DNA of 64,000 bases from Chamaesiphon sp. (GCA_965246715.1 CBDFFH010000020.1:128001-192000), one strand, 5' to 3'; shown: positions 51,234 through 62,855, counted from the stretch's first letter. Translations and numbers: made by a program. The notes: generated from the sequence alone by a model not told the origin.

Positions 51234-53900
51234 ATGACTGCTGAAGAACAAAGATTAGCCCAGGATCTCGAACGCACAACTTACTGGAAACGTTGGGGGC
51301 CTTACTTGAGCGAACGTCAATGGGGCACCGTGCGCGAAGATTATAGTGCTACTGGAGATGCGTGGCAGTACTTTTCACACGACCAAGCGCGATCGCGTGC
51401 CTATCGTTGGGGCGAAGATGGGATTGGCGGAATTTCGGACAATCATCAACGATTGTGTTTGGCGATCGCACTGTGGAACGAGCGCGATCCGATTCTCAAA
51501 GAGCGAATGTTTGGCTTGACGGGCAATGAAGGCAATCACGGCGAAGATGTTAAAGAATACTATTTTTTTCTTGACAATACGCCGACTCATACTTATATGA
51601 AAATGCTCTATAAGTATCCACAATCTGCATTTCCCTATACCCAACTCGTTGAGGAAAATCAACGGCGTGGTAAACAAGATCCAGAGTTTGAACTGCTCGA
51701 TACTGGGATATTTAATGAAGATCGTTATTTCGATATTGCGATCGAATATGCCAAAGCTGCGCCCGAAGATATTTTAATTCAATACACCATTAGCAATCGT
51801 GGCTCTGAAGCAAAACCCCTGCATTTTCTACCGACGCTGTGGTTTCGGAATACGTGGTCTTGGGGAAACCAGAATGAAGCAAAGCCCGTCTTAAAAGTCT
51901 TGAAATCCGCTGAAAACCTGAGTGTCATCGAAGCTGCTCATCCCAGCTTAGGAACGCGGTGGCTGTACTGTGATGCGGCTCCCGAACTACTATTTACCGA
52001 AAATGAAACCAACTTCGAGCGGCTGTTTCAAATGGACAATCCGACTCCCTATGTCAAAGATGCCATCCATGAATATTTAATTCACGATCGCCAAGCTGCC
52101 GTCAATCCAAATCGGATGGGTACGAAAGTTACCGCCCATTATTCGCTGTGGTTAGCAGCAGGTGAAACCAAAACGATTCGACTCAGATTAACCGACTCCC
52201 CAACACAGCCCGATCCGTTTGGTGCAGAATTTGCGACGGTATTTCGCGATCGCATCTGTGAAGCCGACGAATTCTATCAGCGCATCACCCCAACGTCACT
52301 CTCTGAGGACTTAAGATTGATTCAGCGGCAAGCCTTTGCGGGAATGCTCTGGAGCAAGCAGTTTTATCTCTACGTGGTCGAAGATTGGCTCAAGGGCGAT
52401 CCAGGCACCTCGACTCCACCTGCTTCCCGTGCCGATATCAGAAACCAAGATTGGGTGCATCTGTATAGCGATGATGTCCTGTCGATGCCCGATACCTGGG
52501 AATATCCGTGGTTTGCCGCGTGGGATTTAGCCTTTCATGTAGTACCCTTAGCGACGATCGATCCCGACTTTGCCAAGCGGCAGCTAAGTCGCCTGACGCG
52601 GGAATGGTATATGCATCCGAATGGACAACTTCCGGCGTATGAATGGGCGTTCAGCGATGTCAATCCCCCTGTTCATGCCTGGGCGGCTTGGCAAGTCTAT
52701 CAAATCGAACAAAAACTCTACGGACGAGCGGACAAACTGTTTTTAGAGCGGGTCTTTCAAAAATTACTGCTCAACTTTACGTGGTGGGTAAATCGGAAAG
52801 ATCTGACCGGAAACAATATCTTTCAAGGCGGCTTTCTCGGTTTGGATAATATTGGGGTGTTCGATCGCAGTGCGCCCCTGCCAAATGGTGGCTATCTGGA
52901 GCAGGCGGATGGCACGAGCTGGATGGCAATGTATTGTGTCAATATGCTGACGATCGCCATCGAACTGGCTCAAGACAGCCCCGCTTATGAAGATATCGCC
53001 AGTAAGTTCTTTGAACACTTTCTGCGGATTACCAGTGCGATGGATGGTGTGGGTAAAGATGAAATTTCGCTCTGGGATGCAGAGGATCGATTTTACTACG
53101 ATGCGGTACTATTTCCCGATGGTCGGCACGAATTGATGAAAGTGAGATCGCTCGTCGGACTGATTCCGCTACTCGCCGTCGGCACGATCTCAGCCGAGCA
53201 ATTAGAACGGCTACCAGGCTTTCGTAGCCGGACTGAATGGTTTATTCACAACCGTCCCGACTTAACCAATGGCATCGCCTGTATGCACACAGCAGGTCAA
53301 GCTGGACGTACCTTACTCGCTTTACTCGATCGACACAAGCTACCCCAAATCCTCAGCCGATTACTCGATCAAACTGAGTTTCTGAGTGACTACGGCATTC
53401 GCTCCGTATCGAAATTTCATGCCAAACATCCATACGCGATCGTTCTCAACAGCCACGACTATCGCGTCGATTACGAACCCGCAGAATCGACGAGTGGATT
53501 ATTCGGTGGTAACTCAAATTGGCGCGGCCCGATCTGGTTTCCAGTCAATTATTTAATCGTCGAAGCATTGCTAACGTTCCATCACTATTTAGGCGACGAA
53601 TCGAAAATCGAGTGCCCAACGGGTTCGGGACAGTGGCTGACATTTGAAGAAGTAGCGATCGAGTTAGCCCAGCGGCTGATGCGGATCTTTCTCCCCGCTG
53701 CTAAGGGTCGTCGCCCCGTATTTGGCGGCATCGAAACCCTCCAAACCAATCCCCACTGGCGCGATCTAATTTTGTTTCATGAATACTTTCATGGCGATAA
53801 TGGAGCCGGATTGGGCGCAAGCCATCAAACGGGTTGGACAGGGACGATTGCTGCTTTAATCGATCGATTTGGCGCAGATCGATCGCGCTCAGGAAAATAA
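51234..53900 (+). CDS. GH63-like (MGH1-like) glucosidase
   Basis: [52 protein letters not shown]. Confidence 0.88.
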   Translation: MTAEEQRLAQDLERTTYWKRWGPYLSERQWGTVREDYSATGDAWQYFSHDQARSRAYRWGEDGIGGISDNHQRLCLAIALWNERDPILKERMFGLTGNEGNHGEDVKEYYFFLDNTPTHTYMKMLYKYPQSAFPYTQLVEENQRRGKQDPEFELLDTGIFNEDRYFDIAIEYAKAAPEDILIQYTISNRGSEAKPLHFLPTLWFRNTWSWGNQNEAKPVLKVLKSAENLSVIEAAHPSLGTRWLYCDAAPELLFTENETNFERLFQMDNPTPYVKDAIHEYLIHDRQAAVNPNRMGTKVTAHYSLWLAAGETKTIRLRLTDSPTQPDPFGAEFATVFRDRICEADEFYQRITPTSLSEDLRLIQRQAFAGMLWSKQFYLYVVEDWLKGDPGTSTPPASRADIRNQDWVHLYSDDVLSMPDTWEYPWFAAWDLAFHVVPLATIDPDFAKRQLSRLTREWYMHPNGQLPAYEWAFSDVNPPVHAWAAWQVYQIEQKLYGRADKLFLERVFQKLLLNFTWWVNRKDLTGNNIFQGGFLGLDNIGVFDRSAPLPNGGYLEQADGTSWMAMYCVNMLTIAIELAQDSPAYEDIASKFFEHFLRITSAMDGVGKDEISLWDAEDRFYYDAVLFPDGRHELMKVRSLVGLIPLLAVGTISAEQLERLPGFRSRTEWFIHNRPDLTNGIACMHTAGQAGRTLLALLDRHKLPQILSRLLDQTEFLSDYGIRSVSKFHAKHPYAIVLNSHDYRVDYEPAESTSGLFGGNSNWRGPIWFPVNYLIVEALLTFHHYLGDESKIECPTGSGQWLTFEEVAIELAQRLMRIFLPAAKGRRPVFGGIETLQTNPHWRDLILFHEYFHGDNGAGLGASHQTGWTGTIAALIDRFGADRSRSGK

Positions 53901-54016
53901 CAGTAGTGAGCTAAATGGGTTACTGAGATCTTTGCCTGATGATGCCCCACAACCACTCATGAATAAAGTTCGCAATCGTTAAACTAAAGCATGAAACGAT
54001 CGAGCGAGGAAGTCTT

Positions 54017-54952
54017 ATGAACTCTCTATTTGCCAAATCTACCAAACGTCACCGTCCTCGTCGCGTCCAAATTCGCGTCCGGGATGGCCGCTTTGAAATT
54101 GTGGGGTTGAACGCATGGCACTCCCATTGGCGCGATCCTTATCATTTGATTCTGACCATCCCGTGGCAAGGTTTTACAGCTTTGGTCGTTGGCACTTATT
54201 TCGGTGCGAATGTGCTGTTTGCCCTGTTGTATCTAGCGGGGGGCGATTGTGTTGCTAACGCGGCTCCAGGTTCGTTTTGGGATCGCTTCTTTTTTAGCGT
54301 GCAAACATTTGGGTCGATCGGCTATGGTACCATGTATCCCAAGACGGCTTATGCCAATTGGACGGTGACAATCGAGTCGCTGTTGAGCTTAGTTGGGATT
54401 GCGATGTTAACTGGATTAGCCTTCGCGCGATTTTCCAACCCGACTGCCCGCGTGGCATTTAGCGACGTTGCCACGATCTCACCGCACGAATCGGTGCCCA
54501 CTTTAAGTTTTCGGATGGCAAATCAGCGCAGCAATCAAATTTTAGAAGCACAACTCAAGGTGTTTTTACTGCGGGATGAGCTGACTGCCGAAGGACAATA
54601 TATTCGCCGGATTCATGACTTGCCGCTGGTTCGCAACCAGTCCCCCAGTTTTGCCTTATCGTGGCTGGCACTGCACCCGATCGATAAATCTAGCCCGTTG
54701 TATGGGATGACACCCGCAACGTTGGTAGACACCAATAGTACGGTCGTGGTCACGCTCAGTGGTGTAGATGAAACCGTTACGCAGATGATGTATGCCCGTC
54801 ATACCTATGCGCCCCAAGACATTCTCTGGAATTATCGCTTTATCGATTTGTTGTCTAGATCTACTAATGGCGATCGATACTTGGACTACAAACATTTCCA
54901 CGATGTCATACCAGTTGAGGTAGCTGCCGAATCTCGATCGGTGACAAATTGA
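54017..54952 (+). CDS. KirBac-type inward rectifier K+ channel
   Basis: DPYH, FFFSVQT..SIGYG, GLAFARFS, FRMAN. Confidence 0.88.
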   Translation: MNSLFAKSTKRHRPRRVQIRVRDGRFEIVGLNAWHSHWRDPYHLILTIPWQGFTALVVGTYFGANVLFALLYLAGGDCVANAAPGSFWDRFFFSVQTFGSIGYGTMYPKTAYANWTVTIESLLSLVGIAMLTGLAFARFSNPTARVAFSDVATISPHESVPTLSFRMANQRSNQILEAQLKVFLLRDELTAEGQYIRRIHDLPLVRNQSPSFALSWLALHPIDKSSPLYGMTPATLVDTNSTVVVTLSGVDETVTQMMYARHTYAPQDILWNYRFIDLLSRSTNGDRYLDYKHFHDVIPVEVAAESRSVTN

Positions 54953-55187
54953 ATCGGCTGGTAGTTTAGACATGCAACATCGAGATGTAGATGGCCTGCC
55001 ATCTGAAAATCCCCAGCGCGTACCAGCAATTCGGATGAACTTTTTACAGCGAGATTTAGATGGGCTGATTAGGGGTGGTGGTCGAGTACTTTAACTTAAA
55101 TGGATTCGACAAAATTCATTGTCGCGCTCTTAGTTTGCGCTAGAATAGGTGTTTGAGTAGCAAGTAAAGTCGCTCTCTGCCTTGCCT

Positions 55188-56156
55188 ATGAGTTCCCTGC
55201 GAATTCCCGTATCCAAACCCATTCCAGTACCCAAATCACCTGAAGTCACTCGTTCTTCAGACCTTCTTGCTGACTTCCTCCGACTAAAAATTTCTGCCAA
55301 TACCAGGCGAAACTACAGCAAGGCGATTGCTGATTTTTGTCGTCGTAACTATGACAGCGAAGTATCCACCGACCTTCTCACTCAATTCCTTTCCTTACAT
55401 CAGCCAGAAGCCGTCTATCAAGTCCTCCAGTACCGACAACTGCTGATTGAGGCTAAATTAGCCCCAAGTACAATTAACATCCGGCTATCAGCCCTAAAAT
55501 CTTTCGTAGACTATGCCCTTCAAGCAGAACAGTGTACTTTCAATCTCGCTGATGTTAGCTGCTTGAAAGTAGAAAGTTATAGTGATACGACAGGAATTGC
55601 TGTGGCTGGGTTCAGAGAAATTCTGCAAATTCCAGACCGCAGCACCATCAAAGGGATCAGAGATTATGCCATTCTGAGATTGCTTTGGGACAATGCCTTG
55701 CGCCGCAATGAAATCTGTAGCTTGGATGTGGGTGATTTCGACAAATCTGGGCGGTTATCGATTTTGGGGAAGGGGAAGATCCAAAAAAGCCAGATCGATC
55801 TATCGCCAGCAACGACAATCGCGATCTCACAATGGTTGACTGCCAGAGACAACTATCAAGCGTCCGCTCCTCTATTCACGAGCCTAGATCGCCGCAGCAA
55901 GGGGCATCGACTCGATGGGAGCACTATTTATCGCTTGGTGCGAGAGTTTAGTGCAGCAGCGGGGATCGATAAGATAGTTTCTCCCCATCGGATTCGGCAC
56001 AGTGCCATCACCGCCTACCTCGATGCCAGCAATGGTAATATTCGCGCCGCTCAATCGTTGAGTCGTCATGCCAATCTCAATACACTCAATCGGTACGATG
56101 ATAATCGCCATAAATATCAAGCGATTGCTACTAACATTTTGGCAGATTTAGTTTAG
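55188..56156 (+). CDS. Tyrosine recombinase 1
   Basis: RDYA, LRRNE (R), GKG, HRIRH, RH, RY catalytic pattern. Confidence 0.9.
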   Translation: MSSLRIPVSKPIPVPKSPEVTRSSDLLADFLRLKISANTRRNYSKAIADFCRRNYDSEVSTDLLTQFLSLHQPEAVYQVLQYRQLLIEAKLAPSTINIRLSALKSFVDYALQAEQCTFNLADVSCLKVESYSDTTGIAVAGFREILQIPDRSTIKGIRDYAILRLLWDNALRRNEICSLDVGDFDKSGRLSILGKGKIQKSQIDLSPATTIAISQWLTARDNYQASAPLFTSLDRRSKGHRLDGSTIYRLVREFSAAAGIDKIVSPHRIRHSAITAYLDASNGNIRAAQSLSRHANLNTLNRYDDNRHKYQAIATNILADLV

Positions 56157-56291
56157 ATTTACCACATTCCTGATTGTCATATTAGTTTTCTACCTCTCGA
56201 CATTGAGGTGGATCTATTCGCTTTTCGATCGAAAACCTCAAAAATTTAGAATCAACTCTAAGCATTGTCTGGTATAAACTACAGAAAAAGC

Positions 56292-56321
56292 ATATACCGC
56301 TAATAGCAATTAGCGGTATAT
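56292..56321. other. Candidate tyrosine-recombinase crossover site
   Basis: ATATACCGCTAA-TAGCAA-TTAGCGGTATAT palindrome between the two recombinase genes. Confidence 0.55.
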
Positions 56322-56435
56322 TAAAATAGAGATAGAAATAATCGACGATTTATTAACTATTTATTTCCAGATTCAACTCACCCCCGATGCCTAATTAATT
56401 ATGCCCAACCACTGTATGCCTTTTGTCATAATTCA

Positions 56436-57458
56436 ATGGAGCAACCCACCCGCACTACCACTACTGCTACCACTTTTGTCCTCGATGCCAATGCCTTAAT
56501 TTCAGCATTTACCAGTTTTATCCAATTCGATGTAGCTGCTGGCGGTGCTAGTGGCGAAACCATTCGTACCTATTGGTGCGAAGCGAAACAATACTTGCTC
56601 TGGTGTGAAGTCAATCAACTCCAACCCCTGGCTGTGACACGGGATGCGATTAAAATCTACCGTCACCATTTAGTCCAACAGCAATACAAACCTGCCACCA
56701 TTGCCCTCAAATTAGTCGCTGTGAGTCGGATGTACGATGCGGCGATGGAATATGGTCTCCTTTCGCATAACCCCGTCTGGGGGGTCAAAGCACCCAAACA
56801 ACGGGGCGATCCGGCTGATTCAATTACTTATTTGACTGCTAGTGAGGCGGAGACATTCCTCCAGGCTCCACTGGCTAAATCCACTCCCCTGAAAATCCTC
56901 CGCGACCGCTTCTTATTGGGGTTGATGACGCTCGAAGGAGTCAGGTCGATGGAAGCGCATCGGGCTAATGTGGGGGATATTCGCCGCGACCCGACGGGGG
57001 TGGGGATTACGGTAACTAGCAAGCGACAGCAACGGGTGGTGCCGCTGATTCCTGAATTGGTGGATTTGCTCGATCGTTATTTACTCGCCCGCAGAAGTGC
57101 GAAATTTAGTACTGCGGCTAATACGCCGCTATTTATTAACGTCCATCATCCGCGCCATCAGATCGACCCCGACCGTGAGGATCGTCGCCTGTCGCGGCGA
57201 GGGATTAGATTTATTGTCGATAGCTATCTCGAAGCTCTCGACCTCAAACATGGGCAAGGGAGGACTTTATCAGCCCACTCCTTGCGACATACGGCGGGGA
57301 CTTTAGCGATTCAGAATGGGGCCTCTTTACGGCAAGTCCAGGATTTATTGGGTCATGCCGATCCGAAGACTACGGCGATTTATACTCATGTGGGTGACAG
57401 GTGGGTTAATAATCCGGCTCTCAAGTTGGGAATTAACCTCAATCCTGAGCGATCGTAG
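56436..57458 (+). CDS. Tyrosine recombinase 2 (XerC/D-like)
   Basis: RDR, GVRSME, HSLRH, LGH, IY catalytic pattern. Confidence 0.92.
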   Translation: MEQPTRTTTTATTFVLDANALISAFTSFIQFDVAAGGASGETIRTYWCEAKQYLLWCEVNQLQPLAVTRDAIKIYRHHLVQQQYKPATIALKLVAVSRMYDAAMEYGLLSHNPVWGVKAPKQRGDPADSITYLTASEAETFLQAPLAKSTPLKILRDRFLLGLMTLEGVRSMEAHRANVGDIRRDPTGVGITVTSKRQQRVVPLIPELVDLLDRYLLARRSAKFSTAANTPLFINVHHPRHQIDPDREDRRLSRRGIRFIVDSYLEALDLKHGQGRTLSAHSLRHTAGTLAIQNGASLRQVQDLLGHADPKTTAIYTHVGDRWVNNPALKLGINLNPERS

Positions 57459-57746
57459 GTCGATGTCACTAAAAGATTAAGAATTGTAGCGCAAAACCAA
57501 CTCACCAAACCTATGAATAGCGGCAAACGGACAGTTTGGGGCGAAATTTTTGTCGAACTAGTACTCGGAATATGCTAAAGTTTTAGGCAACCTGAACTTT
57601 ATTCCAAATCTTGAGAAAACTGCAAGATCTAGGATCGTTCTGGGTACCATAGATATACTGTCTTAAAAAATAATCTTGCCGGAGGTTCTCGATCGAAATA
57701 CAGTTCTCATACTGTGACCCCAATTACTTATCTATATAGGGCAACC

Positions 57747-57778
57747 AAAAAAGCTCGGAACGAGATCCCAAGCTTTTT
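57747..57778. terminator. Bidirectional terminator-like hairpin in the rep leader
   Basis: AAAAAAGCTCGGA..TCCCAAGCTTTTT, A and T tracts on both sides. Confidence 0.45.
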
Positions 57779-58427
57779 ATCGGTACAATTATACTATTTG
57801 CCTTGAAATGAAACTCGTTTGGCGACCTGTTTCATTTCTACTTTATCATGCGGTTCGACACTTAGGAAGGGTTTCTTGAAAATTATTAACCGCTCGATTG
57901 TCAAACGTTTACTGTATCCCACTTGTGCCAATTATTAATTTTTTTGAGGCTTGAGGAAACCACCATGTCAGATCGTTTTCGATCGTACTGGATTACTAGT
58001 TGCTGACTGTGCCAACCCGTTCGCAACCAGATCCAGACAATTTGGGATCGAGTCTAACTTCGTGTCATCTATTTCTACCGCTCAGTAGGCTTAATTTCAC
58101 CAAACGACTTGTCATCTCAATGTAAAAATCGAAATTCAATCGATGGGGTTTTAGAGGAGTATTTGTAGACACGAACCGCCCTGTGGGTTTGCGATCGTCC
58201 CCAGACGACGCGAAAGTCCTGGGATCTGTGGATGTTAGTGCTAGAAGTAACCGAGGTTGAAATCATCAAAAATGGCTAGAGATAAAATTCTCTCCTAACT
58301 CGATTTTTTGCATTTCAGATCGCTACTCTATAGCTATCCACATCCTACCACATAGATAAAGTAGAACCGCGACCGCCTTGGCAAATAGTATCGAGTATGC
58401 CCTAGTTATTCACCCTAACTAGCAACT

Positions 58428-60587
58428 ATGATACTTCCCCCCCACCTGCTCCAACTGACTAAACTCTTCCACATCGGCTTTAACTTCATCACCGCCGATA
58501 ATATTCCCGAACCGAACTGGCGGACAAATCGTAAATATCCACTCAATAAAGGCGAATTTCTCAAATTTTACACAGATCCCCTCAGCCTATTGGGAGTTAG
58601 CTTTGGCGATACAACCCGCTATGTTATGTTGGATATCGATATCGATAGTCCCTACCATCCGAGTAACGATCCCCAGGCATATGCCCGACTCTTATTGGTC
58701 TTAGAGCGGATCGAATTAGTATACCCAGTGCCGATCCGTAGTTCCCATAGTGGCGGCATCCACATCTATTACTTCTTCCCCCGTGCCGTTCCCACCTTCC
58801 GCATCGCTGCGTTGATTCGCGTCACGCTAATTAACGCTAAATTCCCGATCAAAAACGGACAGATCGAAATTTTCCCCAATACCAAAGCTTACAGCGAAGA
58901 TAAACAGAAGCCATCTTATTATAAAGCCCACCGCCTCCCGCTTCAAGCCGAAAGTGGAGCCTGTTTATTAGACCAATGGGGTGACGAAATAATTTGTGCT
59001 GCCAACCTCACCGATGAGGGAAAACTGGGCATGTTCCTCGCCCAAGCCGAAAGATCGGCTGCTGCCAACGATCTTAAATGGATTGAGAGTAAATTTGAAT
59101 GGGCTTACGAGCTATTCAAGAAATACATCGCCAAATACCAACATCACTCCAGCGACTACTCCGAAGTTGCCCAAGAATGGAAAGAGAACCTCGAACTCAC
59201 CATCGATATTGGTTGGACAGATTATCATCAAACCAACGAATTACTACCTCTATTCGTCTGCTACGGCATCGTCTTTGAAGGACTAGAAGACAAACAAGAA
59301 TTATTTGACTGGGTACATCAAAAAGCGATCGCTACCAGAGGATATCACGAATACTGCCGCCACCAACACGAGATCGAGCGCAAAATTCGAGACTGGGTAA
59401 ACAGCACCATCGATAATCAGTACTATATCAAATACTGTGGATTCCCCCCCAGATGTGGCATCACCCCCCATCAACTCGTGGCTCGTCTCAACCCTAATAG
59501 CGCAGGAATTAACCTGCACAACCAAAACCTCGTCGAGCGGACTAAGCAACGGTTAAATGACATTCTAGCCGCTTTAGAGGAACTGCCTCAGAAGATCGGC
59601 GAGCGACTGAGCGTAATTCAAGCTAAATGCCGCGAGCTATTTGGTGAAGGCATCAGCCGCAATACATTGTATAAAAATGATTACAAAGAGCTGTGGGCGG
59701 GAAGTAAACAGGGTAAAATTCTAGAAAATCCCATACCCCCTGCCCCTATTACTCAAACTGTCGTTCTAACTGAATCTCAGCCGATTTCAGATGAAATAGA
59801 TCGAGAAATTGAAATCCATCAAATCCAGTCTGTGACTAAATTGTCCCATACCCCCCCACTATATGAAGCTTTTATAACTGAATTTCTGTCCCCCCCAGAT
59901 TTATCCCTCGATCCAGTTCCTGAAATCCCAGTTCCTCTAGACTTACCAAAATTTTCACACTCATCTGACGAGAATCTATCTACCTCACTTTCAGATCTCC
60001 CAAGATCGGGATTAGAATTAGAGTTAATTCAATCAGGTTTAGAACTACAGTCAGAGCCAGTGCAGCAATTCGTAAGTACTACTAGCGAATTACACAATGA
60101 GCCGCTCGAAACCGTTCCAACTACAAAAACTCACCGTTCCGTAGTTGAGGTTGCCCGTGACGTGAGGGCGAGTATTGTGGCGATTGATGACGAGCTACTG
60201 TTGGAATTTTTGCACCATCCCCAGAGTGAAGCGATCGAATTGACGATCGAATTAGCCAATCGACTAGTTGCTGCTCGGACTCCCGATTTAGTTCGGGCGA
60301 TGGTGGCGGATCTTTCTCGTCACCAGAAAATCGATCTGTGGCAGGTATTGGGGGTTGACGAGCGGGCGGCGATTGAGGCTTTGATGGGGTTAAAACCTGC
60401 TGCTCCAGCAAGTCCTGCCGCGATCGAGCGAGAATTCACCAGCGGCACCATTGTCACTACCTTGACTGGGTTGTTAGGTGTGGTTAAGTATGTCTTTAAG
60501 TCTGTTGCCAAGCCGTTTGTCGTCTATCACGAGGAAATTAACAGAACTATTTGCTATGCGCTCGACGATCTGCGCTTGGAGAGTTAA
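58428..60587 (+). CDS. Putative plasmid replication protein with N-terminal AEP primase-like domain
   Basis: MLDIDID (DxD) and RSSHSGGIHIY (SxxGxH) motifs; low-complexity linker; next to recombinases and a long non-coding leader. Confidence 0.6.
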   Translation: MILPPHLLQLTKLFHIGFNFITADNIPEPNWRTNRKYPLNKGEFLKFYTDPLSLLGVSFGDTTRYVMLDIDIDSPYHPSNDPQAYARLLLVLERIELVYPVPIRSSHSGGIHIYYFFPRAVPTFRIAALIRVTLINAKFPIKNGQIEIFPNTKAYSEDKQKPSYYKAHRLPLQAESGACLLDQWGDEIICAANLTDEGKLGMFLAQAERSAAANDLKWIESKFEWAYELFKKYIAKYQHHSSDYSEVAQEWKENLELTIDIGWTDYHQTNELLPLFVCYGIVFEGLEDKQELFDWVHQKAIATRGYHEYCRHQHEIERKIRDWVNSTIDNQYYIKYCGFPPRCGITPHQLVARLNPNSAGINLHNQNLVERTKQRLNDILAALEELPQKIGERLSVIQAKCRELFGEGISRNTLYKNDYKELWAGSKQGKILENPIPPAPITQTVVLTESQPISDEIDREIEIHQIQSVTKLSHTPPLYEAFITEFLSPPDLSLDPVPEIPVPLDLPKFSHSSDENLSTSLSDLPRSGLELELIQSGLELQSEPVQQFVSTTSELHNEPLETVPTTKTHRSVVEVARDVRASIVAIDDELLLEFLHHPQSEAIELTIELANRLVAARTPDLVRAMVADLSRHQKIDLWQVLGVDERAAIEALMGLKPAAPASPAAIEREFTSGTIVTTLTGLLGVVKYVFKSVAKPFVVYHEEINRTICYALDDLRLES

Positions 60588-60698
60588 GATACTAACTTAA
60601 ATTTGAAAATTGCTGATAGTTAAAACTTTACTGTTTGGTATACTTAGAACAGGATCGGTATAAATTCAAGATAATTGAAATGCGATCGGAGGGTCGAG

Positions 60699-61397
60699 AT
60701 GGCAGATCGAGCTAAGAAAGCGAACGTATTAAAGATTATTAAGAATGAGGAAATCCCGATCGTGCCAGAGGTAAAAGCTGTTGCTAATAAGTCTAAGCGA
60801 TCGTCTATTAAAAATAAGGTAAATACCAGTGAAGAAGTGACGATATCAACAGTGAGATTGTTATCGCTACTATCGGAAGAAGAAAAATTAGTAGTTCCAG
60901 CAGAAAAATTAGTTAATGAGTCAAAGAAATCGACTGCTGCAACTAAGGAAAATAACAGCGATCGAGTAGTATTGGTTACAGATGAGAACCAATCCCTAAC
61001 CCAGGAAAAAGTCAAAAAAATACTACCGCCAATCCCGTTGAGAACTCCAGAAGAGTGGCAATCTGCCATTTCTAACTATGACAAAGAGTCGAGAGCTTCT
61101 TTACCACAAAGCATTCCAGCGATGGTCGGAACTGTTGCAGCTAATCTTAGTCAAGAAGGTCGTCCTAAATTATATCCTCGTCAGGCGAGGCGGGTTTCAA
61201 AGCATGTAATTCAAAAACTATTGTCTGACCCTTCGCTAGCTATACCAACTTGGGAAGTGCTGATCGATAACGATCTTTCGATCGGGAAAAAAGCTAAACA
61301 ATTACAAGCACTTGGTTGGGAATTAGAAGTCATTCCTGTCAAAGGCTTCCGAGAAATATGTCTACTAGCTCAAATCCTTACTAATGGTGTTGACTAG
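60699..61397 (+). CDS. Hypothetical protein
   Basis: 232-aa ORF with GGAGG upstream of ATG; no motif recognised. Confidence 0.55.
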   Translation: MADRAKKANVLKIIKNEEIPIVPEVKAVANKSKRSSIKNKVNTSEEVTISTVRLLSLLSEEEKLVVPAEKLVNESKKSTAATKENNSDRVVLVTDENQSLTQEKVKKILPPIPLRTPEEWQSAISNYDKESRASLPQSIPAMVGTVAANLSQEGRPKLYPRQARRVSKHVIQKLLSDPSLAIPTWEVLIDNDLSIGKKAKQLQALGWELEVIPVKGFREICLLAQILTNGVD

Positions 61398-61529
61398 GAA
61401 AACGGTTGAAACGAGCGTAAAGATTAAAGATAATGTTAAAATTGTGGGCGATTTTGGGTATAATGTATGATAAGCAAAGCTAAAAATTGAAATAATCTAG
61501 ATTATTTATTAATACTATAGGTGAAAATC

Positions 61530-61700
61530 ATGCGTAAAGGATTGTTTCTCAAAGTCGAAGAAAACTTTCAGAAAAAGCAAAAAGGCGCAAAAGAAGAGTC
61601 GAGAATTATGGCTTTGCAGTTACAGTCGAAGTTAAATGCAGAGGGAGTAGAATCCGTGATAACTGAGAAAGATGGATTGTATCGAGTCAAGGTGATGTAA
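61530..61700 (+). CDS. Small hypothetical protein (56 aa), below ORF-track cut-off
   Basis: AGGTG RBS; MRKGLFLKVEENFQKKQKGAKEESRIMALQLQSKLNAEGVESVITEKDGLYRVKVM. Confidence 0.45.
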   Translation: MRKGLFLKVEENFQKKQKGAKEESRIMALQLQSKLNAEGVESVITEKDGLYRVKVM

Positions 61701-61950
61701 CCGGAACGAAGGTGACTGTTCGGATATTTTCTTGACTTAAATTACGCCAGATTGCACTGATGTTCTGCGGAATCTGTTGCTAAGATCGGAGTTGATGAAT
61801 AGAGGTGGTAGTTGTGAGTGATATTAACGAGCCAAGAGTTTTTGAAATTGATTTTGGCTGTTTGCTGAAACCAGATGATTTTTTGAGCTATTATGCAAAC
61901 GGAATGCTCGTTCCAACAGATCGAGAAATTTTTTTGAATGAGCTTTCTGA

Positions 61951-62855
61951 GAGGATGTTTGAAAAGTCAGTTGGTAAAAAAGCTCACTCGGTATAGACTA
62001 CAGATAGATAATGAGTAGTGCTAAGTGAGCAGAATGAGTAAAGCATATCCTAGTAACCTGACCACAGACCAATTTGAATTAATTAGTGGGATGATTCCAG
62101 CACCAAAGCCAGGTGGTCGTCCACGAGAGGTGGAGATCGCAGAGGTAATCAACGCAATCTTCTATCTACTGTGTGAAGGATGTCGTTGGCGAGCGTTACC
62201 AGGAGATTTCCCAGCATGGCAGACGGTATATACTTATTTTCGAGACTGGCGCAAGGATGGAACATGGGTCAAAATCCACGATCGGTTGAGAGCATGGGTA
62301 AGAATAGAACAAGAGCGTCAACCCAGCCCATCAGAGGCTGCAATCGATAGCCAAAGTGTCAAAAGTGCCGCAATGGTCAGTGAGGCAGTTGGTTATGATG
62401 CAGGTAAGCAAATCAAGGGCAGAAAGCGGTTTGTGACAGTAGACACACTCGGCTTAGTCTTACGGGTATGGGTGACAGCAGCCAATATCACTGAACGAGA
62501 TGGTGGCATCCAAGTGTTGAAAAAAGTCAAACAAATGGGTCAATCGGTATCTCGACTGCATACAATTTGGGTGGATGGTGGTTTTAGTGGTGAGAATTTT
62601 CTGCACTTGGTAATGGATGTCTGTCATTGGCTGGTGCAGGTCGTGCTGCGACCAAAAGAACATAAAGGATTTGTGCTATTACCTAAGCGTTGGGTTGTCG
62701 AACGTACCTTTGGTTGGTTAATGAACTGTCGGCGATTGACCAGAGATTATGAGAAACTACCTGAAACATCCGAGACATTTATTTATCTGGTGATGATCCG
62801 TATAATGGTGCGGCGTTTAGCATAAAATTTGACCAGAAACTTTTCAAACATCCTC
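61951..62855 (+). mobile_element. Complete IS5-family element (IS1031-like), 905 bp
   Basis: Perfect 17-bp TIR GAGGATGTTTGAAAAGT; 3-bp duplication TGA (61948-61950, 62856-62858). Confidence 0.92.
62034..62825 (+). CDS. IS5 family transposase
   Basis: YPSNL, GCRWRALP, IDSQSVK, KGRKR, VDGG, RWVVERTFGW. Confidence 0.93.
   Translation: MSKAYPSNLTTDQFELISGMIPAPKPGGRPREVEIAEVINAIFYLLCEGCRWRALPGDFPAWQTVYTYFRDWRKDGTWVKIHDRLRAWVRIEQERQPSPSEAAIDSQSVKSAAMVSEAVGYDAGKQIKGRKRFVTVDTLGLVLRVWVTAANITERDGGIQVLKKVKQMGQSVSRLHTIWVDGGFSGENFLHLVMDVCHWLVQVVLRPKEHKGFVLLPKRWVVERTFGWLMNCRRLTRDYEKLPETSETFIYLVMIRIMVRRLA

Noticed and set aside
54017..54952. KirBac filter SIGYG instead of TIGYG as a novel selectivity
   Set aside because: Conservative Thr-to-Ser change; no further support from sequence alone.
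55133..57497. TTTGCGCTA / TAGCGCAAA inverted 9-mers flanking the recombinase pair as att sites
   Set aside because: Too short and no second arms; not distinguishable from chance.
57754..57765. CTCGGAACGAGA matches hairpin 2 of the dps mini-elements
   Set aside because: Only 12 nt, lacks hairpin 1 and the CGATCG context; compatible with chance.
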